DNA from: Parcubacteria group bacterium CG1_02_44_31
Lineage (GTDB): Bacteria; Patescibacteriota; Minisyncoccia; UBA6257; Brennerbacteraceae
Length of the DNA: 42,147 bases
Direction of reading: 5' to 3'
Assembly: GCA_001872485.1 (NCBI GenBank)
Contig: MNWK01000024.1
Location: forward strand, 1-42,147
Each line of letters starts with the position of its first letter. The stretch's first letter is position 1. The translations under genes were made by a program, and so were the position numbers. Shown piece by piece: positions 33,077-41,997 of this stretch. The notes beneath the pieces are model-generated. The model was not told where the DNA came from. It worked only from the letters and a program-made list of their open reading frames with translations, and made no database searches.

Positions 33077-33562
33077 ATGAATGATGCCATCACGGCGCAA
33101 CAGGTCCGTGCCATTGATGATAGCGGCAAAAATCTCGGCTGTATCAGCATTGAACAAGCCCGAACAATCGCCAAGGAACGCGGAGTTGATGTTATCCAAA
33201 TTACTCTTGACCCTGAAACGCCCGTGGTGCGCATTATGAGTTTTGGCAAATTCAAGTATCAACAGGAAAAACAAGAAAAAAAACATAAACCCAAAGAAAA
33301 GAAAATCAACTCAAAAACGGTCCGCATCAGTTTAGTGAGCCAGCTCCACGACTTGCAGGTCAAAGCAAAACAAGCAGAAGAGTTTTTAGAACAAGCCCAG
33401 CACGTGCGAATTGATTTGATGCTGCGCGGCAGACAAAGGGCGCATCAGGACCTAGCGCGCGAAAAAATAAAAAAATTCCTGACACTTATCAAAACGCCCA
33501 TCAAAATCGACCAAGAACGCATGACTCCCCGCGGACCGCAAATTATTATTAGTAAGTCGTAA
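33077..33562 (+). CDS. infC: Translation initiation factor IF-3
   Basis: The sequence VRAIDDSGKNLGCISIEQARTIAKERGVDVIQI...PVVRIMSFGKFKYQ is typical of IF-3. The true start may be an upstream ATT (for example 33035), as is usual for infC. Confidence 0.9.
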   Translation: MNDAITAQQVRAIDDSGKNLGCISIEQARTIAKERGVDVIQITLDPETPVVRIMSFGKFKYQQEKQEKKHKPKEKKINSKTVRISLVSQLHDLQVKAKQAEEFLEQAQHVRIDLMLRGRQRAHQDLAREKIKKFLTLIKTPIKIDQERMTPRGPQIIISKS

Positions 33563-33568
33563 TCATAC

Positions 33569-33763
33569 ATGGCAAAAACATTAAAACTCGTGAGTAAGCG
33601 ACTGCGTGTCACGAAACGAAAAAAGGTCTTATTCCGTTTAGCGCAGCAGGGACATGCAAAAGCCAAAGAAGCCGGCGATACGCGCAGAAACAAACGCCAA
33701 CCACATCAGTCAACAGCGCCGTTTCTTAAAAAGGTCGTCAAAAAGTATCCAATGAAAACATAA
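33569..33763 (+). CDS. rpmI: Ribosomal protein L35
   Basis: It is a 64-aa, highly basic protein with the KRLRVTKRKKV pattern. It occupies the conserved infC-rpmI-rplT position. Confidence 0.9.
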   Translation: MAKTLKLVSKRLRVTKRKKVLFRLAQQGHAKAKEAGDTRRNKRQPHQSTAPFLKKVVKKYPMKT

Positions 33764-33779
33764 ATCATTATCATCACGT

Positions 33780-34136
33780 ATGACACGCGTTAAACGAGGA
33801 GTAAGTTCAATAAAAAAGCGCAAAAGCGTACTCAAACAAACCAAAGGATTCCGCGGCTCGTCAAAAAACAAAGAACGGCAGGCAAAGGAACGTCTCCTAC
33901 ACGCCTACACGCACGCCTACACAGGCAGAAAGCTTAAAAAGCGCGACTTCCGCTCTGTATGGCAAATTAAAATCAACGCAGCTGCTCGCCAAAACAACAC
34001 GACCTATTCACAACTTATGCATGCAATAAAAATAAGCAATATTGCGCTGGATAGAAAAATGCTCGCCTTACTTGCGGAAAAATACCCCAAAGCATTCAAA
34101 GCGCTCGTAAAAGAACTAGCACCAATAACGAAATAA
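33780..34136 (+). CDS. rplT: Ribosomal protein L20
   Basis: It has the N-terminus MTRVKRGVSSIKKRKSVLKQTKGFRG, plus RDFRSVWQIKINAAAR. Confidence 0.95.
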   Translation: MTRVKRGVSSIKKRKSVLKQTKGFRGSSKNKERQAKERLLHAYTHAYTGRKLKKRDFRSVWQIKINAAARQNNTTYSQLMHAIKISNIALDRKMLALLAEKYPKAFKALVKELAPITK

Positions 34137-34139
34137 CGA

Positions 34140-34172
34140 AAAACGTCCCGCGTGCACACGCGGGACGTTTTT
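34140..34172. terminator. Bidirectional rho-independent terminator
   Basis: The sequence is aaaacgtcccgcgtg-ca-cacgcgggacgtttt. It lies between the convergent rplT gene and the gene at 34179. Confidence 0.85.
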
Positions 34173-34178
34173 CATAAA

Positions 34179-34817
34179 CTAATCTGAACGCACTTCGCCG
34201 CTAAGTGATGAATATATAATTTTCCCATTTTCTAAAATGCGCAGTATGCGCTGTTCCTCGGAAATAATATAAACAGTCGTACCTTGCAATCGATATGAAC
34301 ATGCAATGCCTGCTAAATGCCGCGCATGCACTTTCCTTGCAAACCCGAATGCATCTGACAAATCATCTGCCTTACCCGACGCAATTTCTTGCGCAACTTC
34401 TTTTGGCTTCATATTTTCCAAATACACGCCGCTGGCAATGAGTATTCCCTGCTGGCTTATCAATACAGCGCCATCAAAATGCGAAAGTTGCATAAGCAAT
34501 TCAAGCGTATGTTCAGAGGAATGCTTTTCCAGTTGATACGCTTTTTCATGAAATACATTCTGGGTTGCGTCCGGAAACGACGCGTAATCCTTGAACCACT
34601 GCTGTTTCCACCCGTACACGACCAGCATGCCAAATGAAGACCTGCGCTTTTTCATCAACCGCCGCAACAACAAATACATCCGCATTTTTTCTTGCTGCTG
34701 CCTTTCTGTTCCTGAAGATTGCAAAGAGCTCATAACTAAAGACTGCTCCCACAATGGGCTTGCAAAAAGAAACATGCTCCGCATATAGCGCGGAAAAAAA
34801 CGAAACAATGGCTTCAT
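34179..34817 (-). CDS. DisA_N/DAC-like domain protein (divergent diadenylate-cyclase fold)
   Basis: HFDGAVLISQQGILIASGVYL and HARHLAGIACS...VYIISEEQRILRILENGKI align to the DAC patterns HDGAvii and GtRHRAA...vVSEEtG.iS. The signature residues are partly substituted. Confidence 0.45.
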   Translation of the reverse strand: MKPLFRFFPRYMRSMFLFASPLWEQSLVMSSLQSSGTERQQQEKMRMYLLLRRLMKKRRSSFGMLVVYGWKQQWFKDYASFPDATQNVFHEKAYQLEKHSSEHTLELLMQLSHFDGAVLISQQGILIASGVYLENMKPKEVAQEIASGKADDLSDAFGFARKVHARHLAGIACSYRLQGTTVYIISEEQRILRILENGKIIYSSLSGEVRSD

Positions 34818-34833
34818 GACCGCATCATACTAT

Positions 34834-36594
34834 TCATGTTTGCAAAAATGCAATTAGCTGCGCAGATAATTTCGTATTCAAAATGTTTTTTGCTTCCAGC
34901 CACCCGCGGCGCGCAACACCCACGCCAAACCGCATCACATCAAGTTGATGCGTTGTGTGGCTGTCTGTTCCCAAAGAAAACAAAATCCCGAAATCCTTAC
35001 CCATGCGCGTCAAATTGGCGTTCACATCTAACCGGTTAGGAAACGCATTGATTTCAATTGCGGTTTTGGTTTGTTTCGCGCACGCAAAAACTTTCTCAAA
35101 ATCAAGCTCGTATCCTTCGCGCTGCAACAACAATCTGCCGGTTGGATGAAATAAAATATCAACATGGGGATTTTTCATAGCGCGCATCACACGTTCGGTC
35201 ATATCGCGTTTTGACATGGAAAAATGCGAATGCACCGCAGCTCCAACCATATCCATTTTCGCCAACAAGACGTCCGGAATATCAAGCAAGCCGTTTTTTA
35301 AAATATTCACCTCAAGTCCTTTCAAAATTCTCAGTGTGCCAGCGAGTTTTTTGTTGAGTAAATCAATTTCTTTCATTTGCCGTATAATCTGGCGTTCATC
35401 CATGCCAGCCGCAATGCCTAAACTCTTGGTATGGTCAGTTATAGCAATATACGCGTACCCGAGCTGGAGCGCTGCCATTGCCATTTCTTGTATGGTATTT
35501 TTGCCGTCAGACCACGTGCTGTGCATTTGCAAATCGCCATTAATATCTTGTAATTTCACGAGTTCTGGCAATGTTCCTTTTTGCGCCATTTCGATTTCTC
35601 CTTGGTTTTCGCGCATTTCCGGTTCAATATAATCCATGCCTAATTTTTCATAAAGTTCTTCCTCGGTCTTACCTGCAATCATAATCTCCTTATGCGCAGT
35701 TCCGCGTTTTGGCCCGCGTTGACCCGCGATTTTAAAAAGGCCGTATTCGTTGAGTTTCCATCCTTTACTAATTGCAATTTCCCGCAATGCCACATTATGC
35801 TCCTTAGACCCGGTAAAATAATTCAGCGCCGCTCCCCAACTTTCGCTCGGCACAACACGAAGGTCCACATCAATGCCGCTTTCCAGCCGCACGGATGATT
35901 TAGTTATTCCTTTAGCGTATATTTCAACAATAGTGGGAAGTGAAACAAAATAATCCATAAGCGCTTTTGGATTTTCGCTTACTGCAAGCATATCAATGTC
36001 ATGCACGGTTTCTTTCATCCTGCGTATGGAACCCGCAATTTCAATTGCTCTCACGCACGGAACCCGCGCCATACGCTTTCGCATGACCAGCGTATCGTCG
36101 TATACGGCCCCGAGCAAAAAAGTTCCTGCTGATTTTTTTGAAAACGCCACATGTGTTGCAAGTTTTTCCTGCGTTTTTTTGCCAAATCCTTTAATATGCT
36201 CCAACTTTTTTTGCGCAAGCGCACGTTCCAAATCCGCAAGTGTTTTCACTTTAAGCGTTTTATACAATTTCAGTGCGGTTTTCGGGCCAATGCCTTCTAT
36301 TGCAGAAAGCGACGCCATGTCAAACGGAAATTGCTTTTTCAATTGCTCCAATTGTTTTATCTTTTTTGTACGAATATATTCCTGTATTTTTTCCGCAAGC
36401 GCTGTGCCGACTCCGGGGATTTCGTTTAATCCTTTTAACCCATGTTCATGATATACATCAGATACATCTTTTTCGTATATTTCCAATGACTGCGCAGCGC
36501 GTTCGTATGCCTGCGGCTTGAACGCAATGTTTTGCGCGTATAAATACTGCGCAATCAAACGAAACAATTTTGCAATTTCGCGATTCATATACAT
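34834..36594 (-). CDS. polX: DNA polymerase X family protein with C-terminal PHP domain (PolX)
   Basis: It has N-terminal HhH motifs ([15 protein letters not shown]; [12 protein letters not shown]; [12 protein letters not shown]). It also has a Pol-beta palm ([16 protein letters not shown]) and a PHP domain ([11 protein letters not shown]...ITDH). Confidence 0.9.
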   Translation of the reverse strand: MYMNREIAKLFRLIAQYLYAQNIAFKPQAYERAAQSLEIYEKDVSDVYHEHGLKGLNEIPGVGTALAEKIQEYIRTKKIKQLEQLKKQFPFDMASLSAIEGIGPKTALKLYKTLKVKTLADLERALAQKKLEHIKGFGKKTQEKLATHVAFSKKSAGTFLLGAVYDDTLVMRKRMARVPCVRAIEIAGSIRRMKETVHDIDMLAVSENPKALMDYFVSLPTIVEIYAKGITKSSVRLESGIDVDLRVVPSESWGAALNYFTGSKEHNVALREIAISKGWKLNEYGLFKIAGQRGPKRGTAHKEIMIAGKTEEELYEKLGMDYIEPEMRENQGEIEMAQKGTLPELVKLQDINGDLQMHSTWSDGKNTIQEMAMAALQLGYAYIAITDHTKSLGIAAGMDERQIIRQMKEIDLLNKKLAGTLRILKGLEVNILKNGLLDIPDVLLAKMDMVGAAVHSHFSMSKRDMTERVMRAMKNPHVDILFHPTGRLLLQREGYELDFEKVFACAKQTKTAIEINAFPNRLDVNANLTRMGKDFGILFSLGTDSHTTHQLDVMRFGVGVARRGWLEAKNILNTKLSAQLIAFLQT

Positions 36595-36686
36595 ATTGTA
36601 GCAAAAATAACGCTATTAAAAAATATAGTTTAAAAAAGCGCCGGTGTGAAACCGACGCTTTATATTTTTGGGGGCCGCGCGCCCCC

Positions 36687-37112
36687 TTATGGTCCGCAAT
36701 AACAATACGGCGGAAATGCCGGGCCGTCTGGCCCGACATCCCCTGCTTTGCAGGGGGTTGGGACATCACCCCATTCGGGGTGAGTCCTATCATTCCCACA
36801 GCGGTCAGAGACCGCCATGGGGTTGTTCTGAGTGAATACCCAGTAGCAAGCTGGGTATTCAATCGGAGTCGGCGTTGTTGCCGACTCCTGTACATCCCAA
36901 CCAGCACTGCTGGTTGGGATAGGGGTAGAAGACGGAGGAGAAGGATTAGTTAAAACAACCCAAACTCCCCACCACCCATCTACAAGAAATATCAGTATTG
37001 CCACCCCTAAGATGACGTAACTTAGGGGTGGTGCCATCGCCATCGCCGCAATGGCGATGGCCAAAGCCACAATCAAAATCAACCCCCATAAAACGGTCTG
37101 CCACCATTCCAT
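36687..37112 (-). CDS. Hypothetical small membrane protein with Cys-rich C-terminus; the coding region is composed of serial palindromes
   Basis: The ATG at 37112 is preceded by AAGGAGGA (37117-37124) and an extended -10 TGGTATAAT (37137-37145). The protein has two TM helices, a P/S/T linker and 5 Cys. Other frames are also open, so coding status is not certain. Confidence 0.5.
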   Translation of the reverse strand: MEWWQTVLWGLILIVALAIAIAAMAMAPPLSYVILGVAILIFLVDGWWGVWVVLTNPSPPSSTPIPTSSAGWDVQESATTPTPIEYPACYWVFTQNNPMAVSDRCGNDRTHPEWGDVPTPCKAGDVGPDGPAFPPYCYCGP

Positions 37113-37116
37113 GGCG

Positions 37117-37145
37117 TCCTCCTTGCGCGGAGTTATATTATACCA
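37117..37145 (-). promoter_or_regulatory. Extended -10 promoter (TGGTATAAT) and strong SD (AAGGAGGA) for ORF 36687-37112
   Basis: The reverse complement of 37137-37145 is TGGTATAAT. The reverse complement of 37117-37124 is AAGGAGGA, 4 nt upstream of the ATG (37110-37112). Confidence 0.5.
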
Positions 37146-37189
37146 CAAAATCATAAATATTACAAAACTTACAAAGCAAAAAACAGCTT

Positions 37190-37250
37190 GCTATCCTATT
37201 TGACGATCGTTCAATAGGATAGTTACGAATGATTTATTGATTTATTTTAG
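37190..37250. promoter_or_regulatory. Shared palindrome plus conserved flank (copy 2)
   Basis: ctatcctatttgacgatcgttcaataggatag (37191-37222) is followed by ttacgaatgatttattgatttatttt. It lies about 50 nt upstream of the -10 box of ORF 36687-37112. Confidence 0.5.
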
Positions 37251-37504
37251 TCCTCGCTAAAATTTAACCTTAGTTAAACATGAAAATGCGCACCTTACCA
37301 TTCCCTGCTATCTGTAAAAACTGTTCCTTTGTTAGCCGATGAAACTAACCCTTATGAGCAACTTGTCGTGCCCCCCTTGTTTATTCACACCTATTACAAA
37401 ATTAACGATCATTATTAATATGATGATATGGTTATTGCGTTCATTTTATGCACGCAGGCGCATAGATATGCGAATTATAAATGTTCCGTGTTACACACCC
37501 TATC

Positions 37505-40045
37505 TTATGCTTTTTGAAATACGATTTCGCTGTTTTCAAATATCACTTGCACCGCATCGTTACGTCCAAGTTTTCCTTGCAGAATCTGGCGTGCAAGCGG
37601 ATCTTTGATACGGCTGGAAATCACGCCGCGCATGGGCCGCGCGCCAAACACTGGGTCGTACCCAAGTTGAGCAATGTAATCAGACACGCCCTGTCCGAAC
37701 GAAAGCGTGATGCCCTGCATGGTAGCAATTTGCCTGCTTAATTTTCCCAATTCAAGCTCAACAATTTTTTTGATTTCATCCTGCGTCAACTGCCTGAACG
37801 CCACCACGCTGTCAAAACGGTTTAACAACTCGGGTTTGAAATAATCAACCAATTTCTTTTTCAGCTCATCGGCAAAATCAGAAACGGTTTTGCCTTGTTC
37901 AATTTGTTCTTTAATATACGCGGAGTGCGCGTTTGATGTGCAAATAATAATTGTATGTTTAAAATCAACGATTTGGCCAAGATTATCCATTATTTTTCCT
38001 TCATCAAAAATAGGCAGAAAAATATCCACAAGCTGCGGATGGGCTTTTTCAAACTCATCAAGCAAAATAAGCGAAAATGGCTTTTGTTTGACTGCTTCAA
38101 TAAGCACGCCGGGTGTTATGCCATCCGGCGACCCTATGAATTGCACAATGGAGCGCTGTTCCTGGTATTCTGACATGTCAAAACGTATCATCATGTCTTC
38201 AGAACCGAAATACAGCCCTGCAAGCACTTTGGAAAGCTCGGTTTTTCCAACGCCGGTCGGTCCCACAAACAAAAACGACGCAATCGGACCTTTGGCGCGC
38301 GCAAGCCCTGCGCGATATTGCCGCAACGCGGATGCGACTAATCCTACTGCTTGGTCTTGGTTAATCAATTTTTCATGAATCGCATCTTCCAAATGAAGCA
38401 ATGTTTGCGCTTCGGCGCCTGTTGCTGTCGCAATCGGAATTTGGGTCTTGCGCGATACAACCGACACAACCAACTCGGGCTTTATCGCGCGCTCGCCGTA
38501 TTGATGCGCCCCAACCAGCACTTCTTGCAATAAGTCAAGCGATGCGCGGGGGAGCGGTTTGGTATGCAAATACATATACGCGCACTCCACTATTTTTCGT
38601 ATCGCGGGGTAGGTAATCGTGATATTCCATTCGCTTTCCAATGCATACGCTTCGTATATTAAAAATTGCGTGGTGAGTTCTTGATTTAATTCCTGTACCT
38701 TGACTGTCTCAAACAGCGATGCGAATTTTTGATTTGTTTCAATGATTTGCCTGTAGAGCTTAGGAGTAGTGTCACCAACGACCGGAATCTGCGATGTAGA
38801 AAATAATTGCTCCAACGCATCAAACGCGCTGATTTCACCCTGGTGCGTGAGCTGTTCAATCGCGTGAATACCTGGAATATACAGCACGATGTTTCCCGCA
38901 GTAATAACCTCGGCAACGATTTTTTTAAACCGCTCAATCACATCCCCTGTCTCCTGCGCGCCCGAAACAAGTTTTGTCACATCAAGCTTGACCAATCGTT
39001 TGTCAAACAATTTTTCAGGCACATCGTCTTTCACCATCGCAAGCGCCAAATGGTCTACAATCGCGCTTTTGCCAATATCTTCATCACCAACCAAAATCAC
39101 ATTGTTGCGCGTGGGTCTGGACAATACTGTCAGCATAGATTGGTATTCGTCTTTATGGCCGATTAAAAAACCTGCTTGCTCTTTCCGCGCTGCTTCAGTC
39201 ATATCTTCAGAAACAGAATCAAGATATGTTGTAGGCCGAGATGTCCACGCGCGATTGACGCGTGAACCTGGACGAATCTCTCCTTGCGCTTTCGCCCGTT
39301 TGGCGCGCATGGTCCGCCCCAAACCACTGACCAACCTGCCGAATATAATTGCGTTGCGAAAATCCTCCGGGCTCAGTCCGAATCGCTGCACCGCATCCTG
39401 CAAATCAGAACGCCGAAGCATGATAATCGCGGCAAACAAAGCAGAGAAAGAAATAGTTTTATCTCCCAGGGCAATTGCTTGCGAAAACGCGTTTTCAAAT
39501 GTTGTTTGAATTTCATTCACGCGCTGCTGTTCGCATCCCAAACCTTTAACCGCATCAACTTGACATACGCCCGTTGCGGCGCGCGCTTTTTGTTCAATCA
39601 TTTTTTGCAATTCGCGCACATCTACACCTAACCTGACCATGCCATTTTGAATCTCGCGTGAATCCAACAGCTCAAGCAACATAAAAAGCGATATGTTCGG
39701 CGAATTGGCAAACTCGGCGCGATTTTGCGCCCTGTCCAAACACCGAATCACGGCAAGGCTGCAAAAATCGTTCACGCGCATTGCCTTGCCCGTATGCGCC
39801 ATTCTAACCACGCGCGAAGTAATTTCCTGATTTCCCGCTATGGCGTGTATAATCGTATCCGCAATAAAAATCAAAATCAAAAAACCGAATGCTCGCACGT
39901 TACCATTTTCATTACTTGCCAACACTAACGCTGAAAATCCAACAGCTGCCAAAAACCCTACGAGAATAATTTTGGTAGCGAGCCGCGCGAAAAACGGCAA
40001 ACGAAAATACCGAGTGTCAAACATGCATGTGAGTGTTTCGTTCAT
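37505..40045 (-). CDS. ClpB/ClpC-like double-AAA+ protein with N-terminal transmembrane segments
   Basis: D1 has VILVGDEDIGKSAIVDHLA (Walker A), but VLYIPGIHAI sits where the hhhhDE Walker B is expected. D2 has FLFVGPTGVGKTELSKVLA, LILLDEFEKAH and a ClpB_D2-small C-terminus. The N-terminus has two hydrophobic helices. The first ATG is at 40045, since the track start at 40069 is TTG. Confidence 0.8.
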   Translation of the reverse strand: MNETLTCMFDTRYFRLPFFARLATKIILVGFLAAVGFSALVLASNENGNVRAFGFLILIFIADTIIHAIAGNQEITSRVVRMAHTGKAMRVNDFCSLAVIRCLDRAQNRAEFANSPNISLFMLLELLDSREIQNGMVRLGVDVRELQKMIEQKARAATGVCQVDAVKGLGCEQQRVNEIQTTFENAFSQAIALGDKTISFSALFAAIIMLRRSDLQDAVQRFGLSPEDFRNAIIFGRLVSGLGRTMRAKRAKAQGEIRPGSRVNRAWTSRPTTYLDSVSEDMTEAARKEQAGFLIGHKDEYQSMLTVLSRPTRNNVILVGDEDIGKSAIVDHLALAMVKDDVPEKLFDKRLVKLDVTKLVSGAQETGDVIERFKKIVAEVITAGNIVLYIPGIHAIEQLTHQGEISAFDALEQLFSTSQIPVVGDTTPKLYRQIIETNQKFASLFETVKVQELNQELTTQFLIYEAYALESEWNITITYPAIRKIVECAYMYLHTKPLPRASLDLLQEVLVGAHQYGERAIKPELVVSVVSRKTQIPIATATGAEAQTLLHLEDAIHEKLINQDQAVGLVASALRQYRAGLARAKGPIASFLFVGPTGVGKTELSKVLAGLYFGSEDMMIRFDMSEYQEQRSIVQFIGSPDGITPGVLIEAVKQKPFSLILLDEFEKAHPQLVDIFLPIFDEGKIMDNLGQIVDFKHTIIICTSNAHSAYIKEQIEQGKTVSDFADELKKKLVDYFKPELLNRFDSVVAFRQLTQDEIKKIVELELGKLSRQIATMQGITLSFGQGVSDYIAQLGYDPVFGARPMRGVISSRIKDPLARQILQGKLGRNDAVQVIFENSEIVFQKA

Positions 40046-40049
40046 ATGG

Positions 40050-40382
40050 TTATACAATACTTCGCACAACTAAAAATATTGGAATGGCGCACCACACTAA
40101 CCACACCGCAACGGCAAAAACGCATATGGCTGCATATACCAATCCCCCGGCGCATACGCGAATCAACCGAAATATGGGCCCAATGAGTTTTCCCATAAAC
40201 GAATAATCACTAAAAAGCGGCTTGAACAAAAGCCGAACATTAACCCCGACACCTAAAAATCGGTCTAACCGGGCGAAAAACGAAATAATCTCATCCCAAA
40301 AATCAAGCGACCCTTTGACATACCATCGCCACACAAAGTTCCTCAAAGCTTCGTAAATGGTAAAGAAAATGACTGAAATCAC
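40050..40382 (-). CDS. Hypothetical small integral membrane protein (GTG start)
   Basis: The 110-aa ORF has 2-3 hydrophobic segments. It is tightly packed between the EndoQ-like gene and the ClpB-like gene. No motif was recognised. Confidence 0.45.
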   Translation of the reverse strand: MISVIFFTIYEALRNFVWRWYVKGSLDFWDEIISFFARLDRFLGVGVNVRLLFKPLFSDYSFMGKLIGPIFRLIRVCAGGLVYAAICVFAVAVWLVWCAIPIFLVVRSIV

Positions 40383-40409
40383 AATTTCAGTGTACCATTA
40401 ATCCCGATG

Positions 40410-41672
40410 TTAAAAAAGGGATTTTTGCATTCCAATATTTGCGCGGTCCTCGTTTGAAAACAGTTTAATCACGCCGTATTCGCCATCGTATCCTGCGATC
40501 TTTTCCACTTTTTCTTGACGCATACGCATGATGCCTTGCGCAACTACATCATATCCGTGACGCGCAATTTCACTCGCGTCCGCATCCAACAACACATTGA
40601 TTTCTCCGCCGAATGTTTTGCATAAATCAATATACGCATCCATAACTTTTTTTGTTTTGGTCGTGACCCCAAACGATTGCGCAATTACTTCGTCAAGCGG
40701 CATGGCGTTGCGAAACGGAATCGCGTTAGGCAGGATAAACCCTTCTGGTCGGTCAGCAAGTTGTTCCACGCGATAAAGTGTTCCGAGCACCAATGATTTT
40801 CCGCATACCGGACACTTTCCTCCGTGCGCTCTTGTTTGTTCCGGTGAAAAACTGATATTGCACAACCGGTGGCCGTCAAAATGATACCTGCCTCCTTCCG
40901 GGTAAAACTCGATTGTGTATAAAAACTTTTTTGGGTCGCGCGACTTGATTGCGTCTATAACGCCCGCGTAGCCCAACTCGGTATCAAATACATTTGCCTC
41001 ACGGCCAATACGCTGAACCGAATGCGAGTCAGAATTGGATATAAGCGCGAGATTATCCAGCTGCGAAAGCCGCCAGTTCATCAACGGGTCTGACGAGATT
41101 CCCGTTTCAATGGCAAAAATCTGCGATGCGTATTCGTCAAAACATTCCTGCAACGAATCAAACCCGGACATTGACCCAAACACGGAAAACCACGGCGTCC
41201 ACGCATGCGCGGGAACCACCATGCATGACGAGTCAATATTCAACACGATTTTGACCATTTCCTTGGCATCAAGGCCCAAAATTGGCCTGCCGTCTGATTT
41301 GATATTTCCTATCCAGGAAAGTTGAGTGTTGATTTTTTCAACTGTTTCAAAACTCGGGGCAAAAACCAAAAGATGCACGCGGTGGCCTTTGCCGTTTTTT
41401 GAGTAAATATGGCTGGTTTCAACAGTAAGCATAAACCGTGTTGCATTGCCGGTTTCGCGTTCAGGGTCTTTATTCCATACGAATAACCCCGGCTCTGCAG
41501 GAATAAGCGACTGTTTCAAATGCTCAAGCCATTGCGGATGCGTAAAATCACCGGTTGCTATCACACGAACGCCTTTGAGCCGCGCCCATTGCGCGATATA
41601 TGGTATTTCCATGGCGGGTGAGGTTGCGCGCGCAAACTTGGAATGAATATGCAAATCAGCAACGAATTTCAT
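40410..41672 (-). CDS. Endonuclease Q-like PHP-domain protein
   Basis: The N-terminus FVADLHIHSKFARATS...IATGDFTHPQW is an EndoQ/TIGR00375-type PHP motif. It also has the Zn finger CNISF...CPVCGKSL. Confidence 0.7.
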   Translation of the reverse strand: MKFVADLHIHSKFARATSPAMEIPYIAQWARLKGVRVIATGDFTHPQWLEHLKQSLIPAEPGLFVWNKDPERETGNATRFMLTVETSHIYSKNGKGHRVHLLVFAPSFETVEKINTQLSWIGNIKSDGRPILGLDAKEMVKIVLNIDSSCMVVPAHAWTPWFSVFGSMSGFDSLQECFDEYASQIFAIETGISSDPLMNWRLSQLDNLALISNSDSHSVQRIGREANVFDTELGYAGVIDAIKSRDPKKFLYTIEFYPEGGRYHFDGHRLCNISFSPEQTRAHGGKCPVCGKSLVLGTLYRVEQLADRPEGFILPNAIPFRNAMPLDEVIAQSFGVTTKTKKVMDAYIDLCKTFGGEINVLLDADASEIARHGYDVVAQGIMRMRQEKVEKIAGYDGEYGVIKLFSNEDRANIGMQKSLF

Positions 41673-41997
41673 AATGTATATACATTATAACACTGAATCT
41701 TCGGTGCCATTAGGAAGCATTGAAACCTCCATTTCAGCATTCGGAGGGTTGCATTCCCTGCCTACTAAAGCTATGTGCAGTATATTGAAAGTAGTTCGAA
41801 TATTTTTCACCGCCGCAGGCGGCGAAATGCGTTCGGACTAATTCAAGAATACTGCACCAGAAAGGAAAAGTCAAAGAGTTTTGGTTCGCCTCGCTTCGCT
41901 CGGCGACTAATTTGTATTCAATTTTGGGGGTAAAAACTAATTCACGATTTCGCATTTTGGGGGAAGAAAATTTTTTAATCCTTAATTTCTAAAACAT

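Noticed and set aside
36458-36953. Alternative ORFs 36458..36907(-) and 36570..36953(+) across the palindrome-rich block
   Set aside because: Palindromes that lack stop codons keep several frames open. Only the 36687..37112 frame has an ATG with a strong SD and promoter and TM-helix-like sequence. The 36458 ORF would also overlap the polX start.
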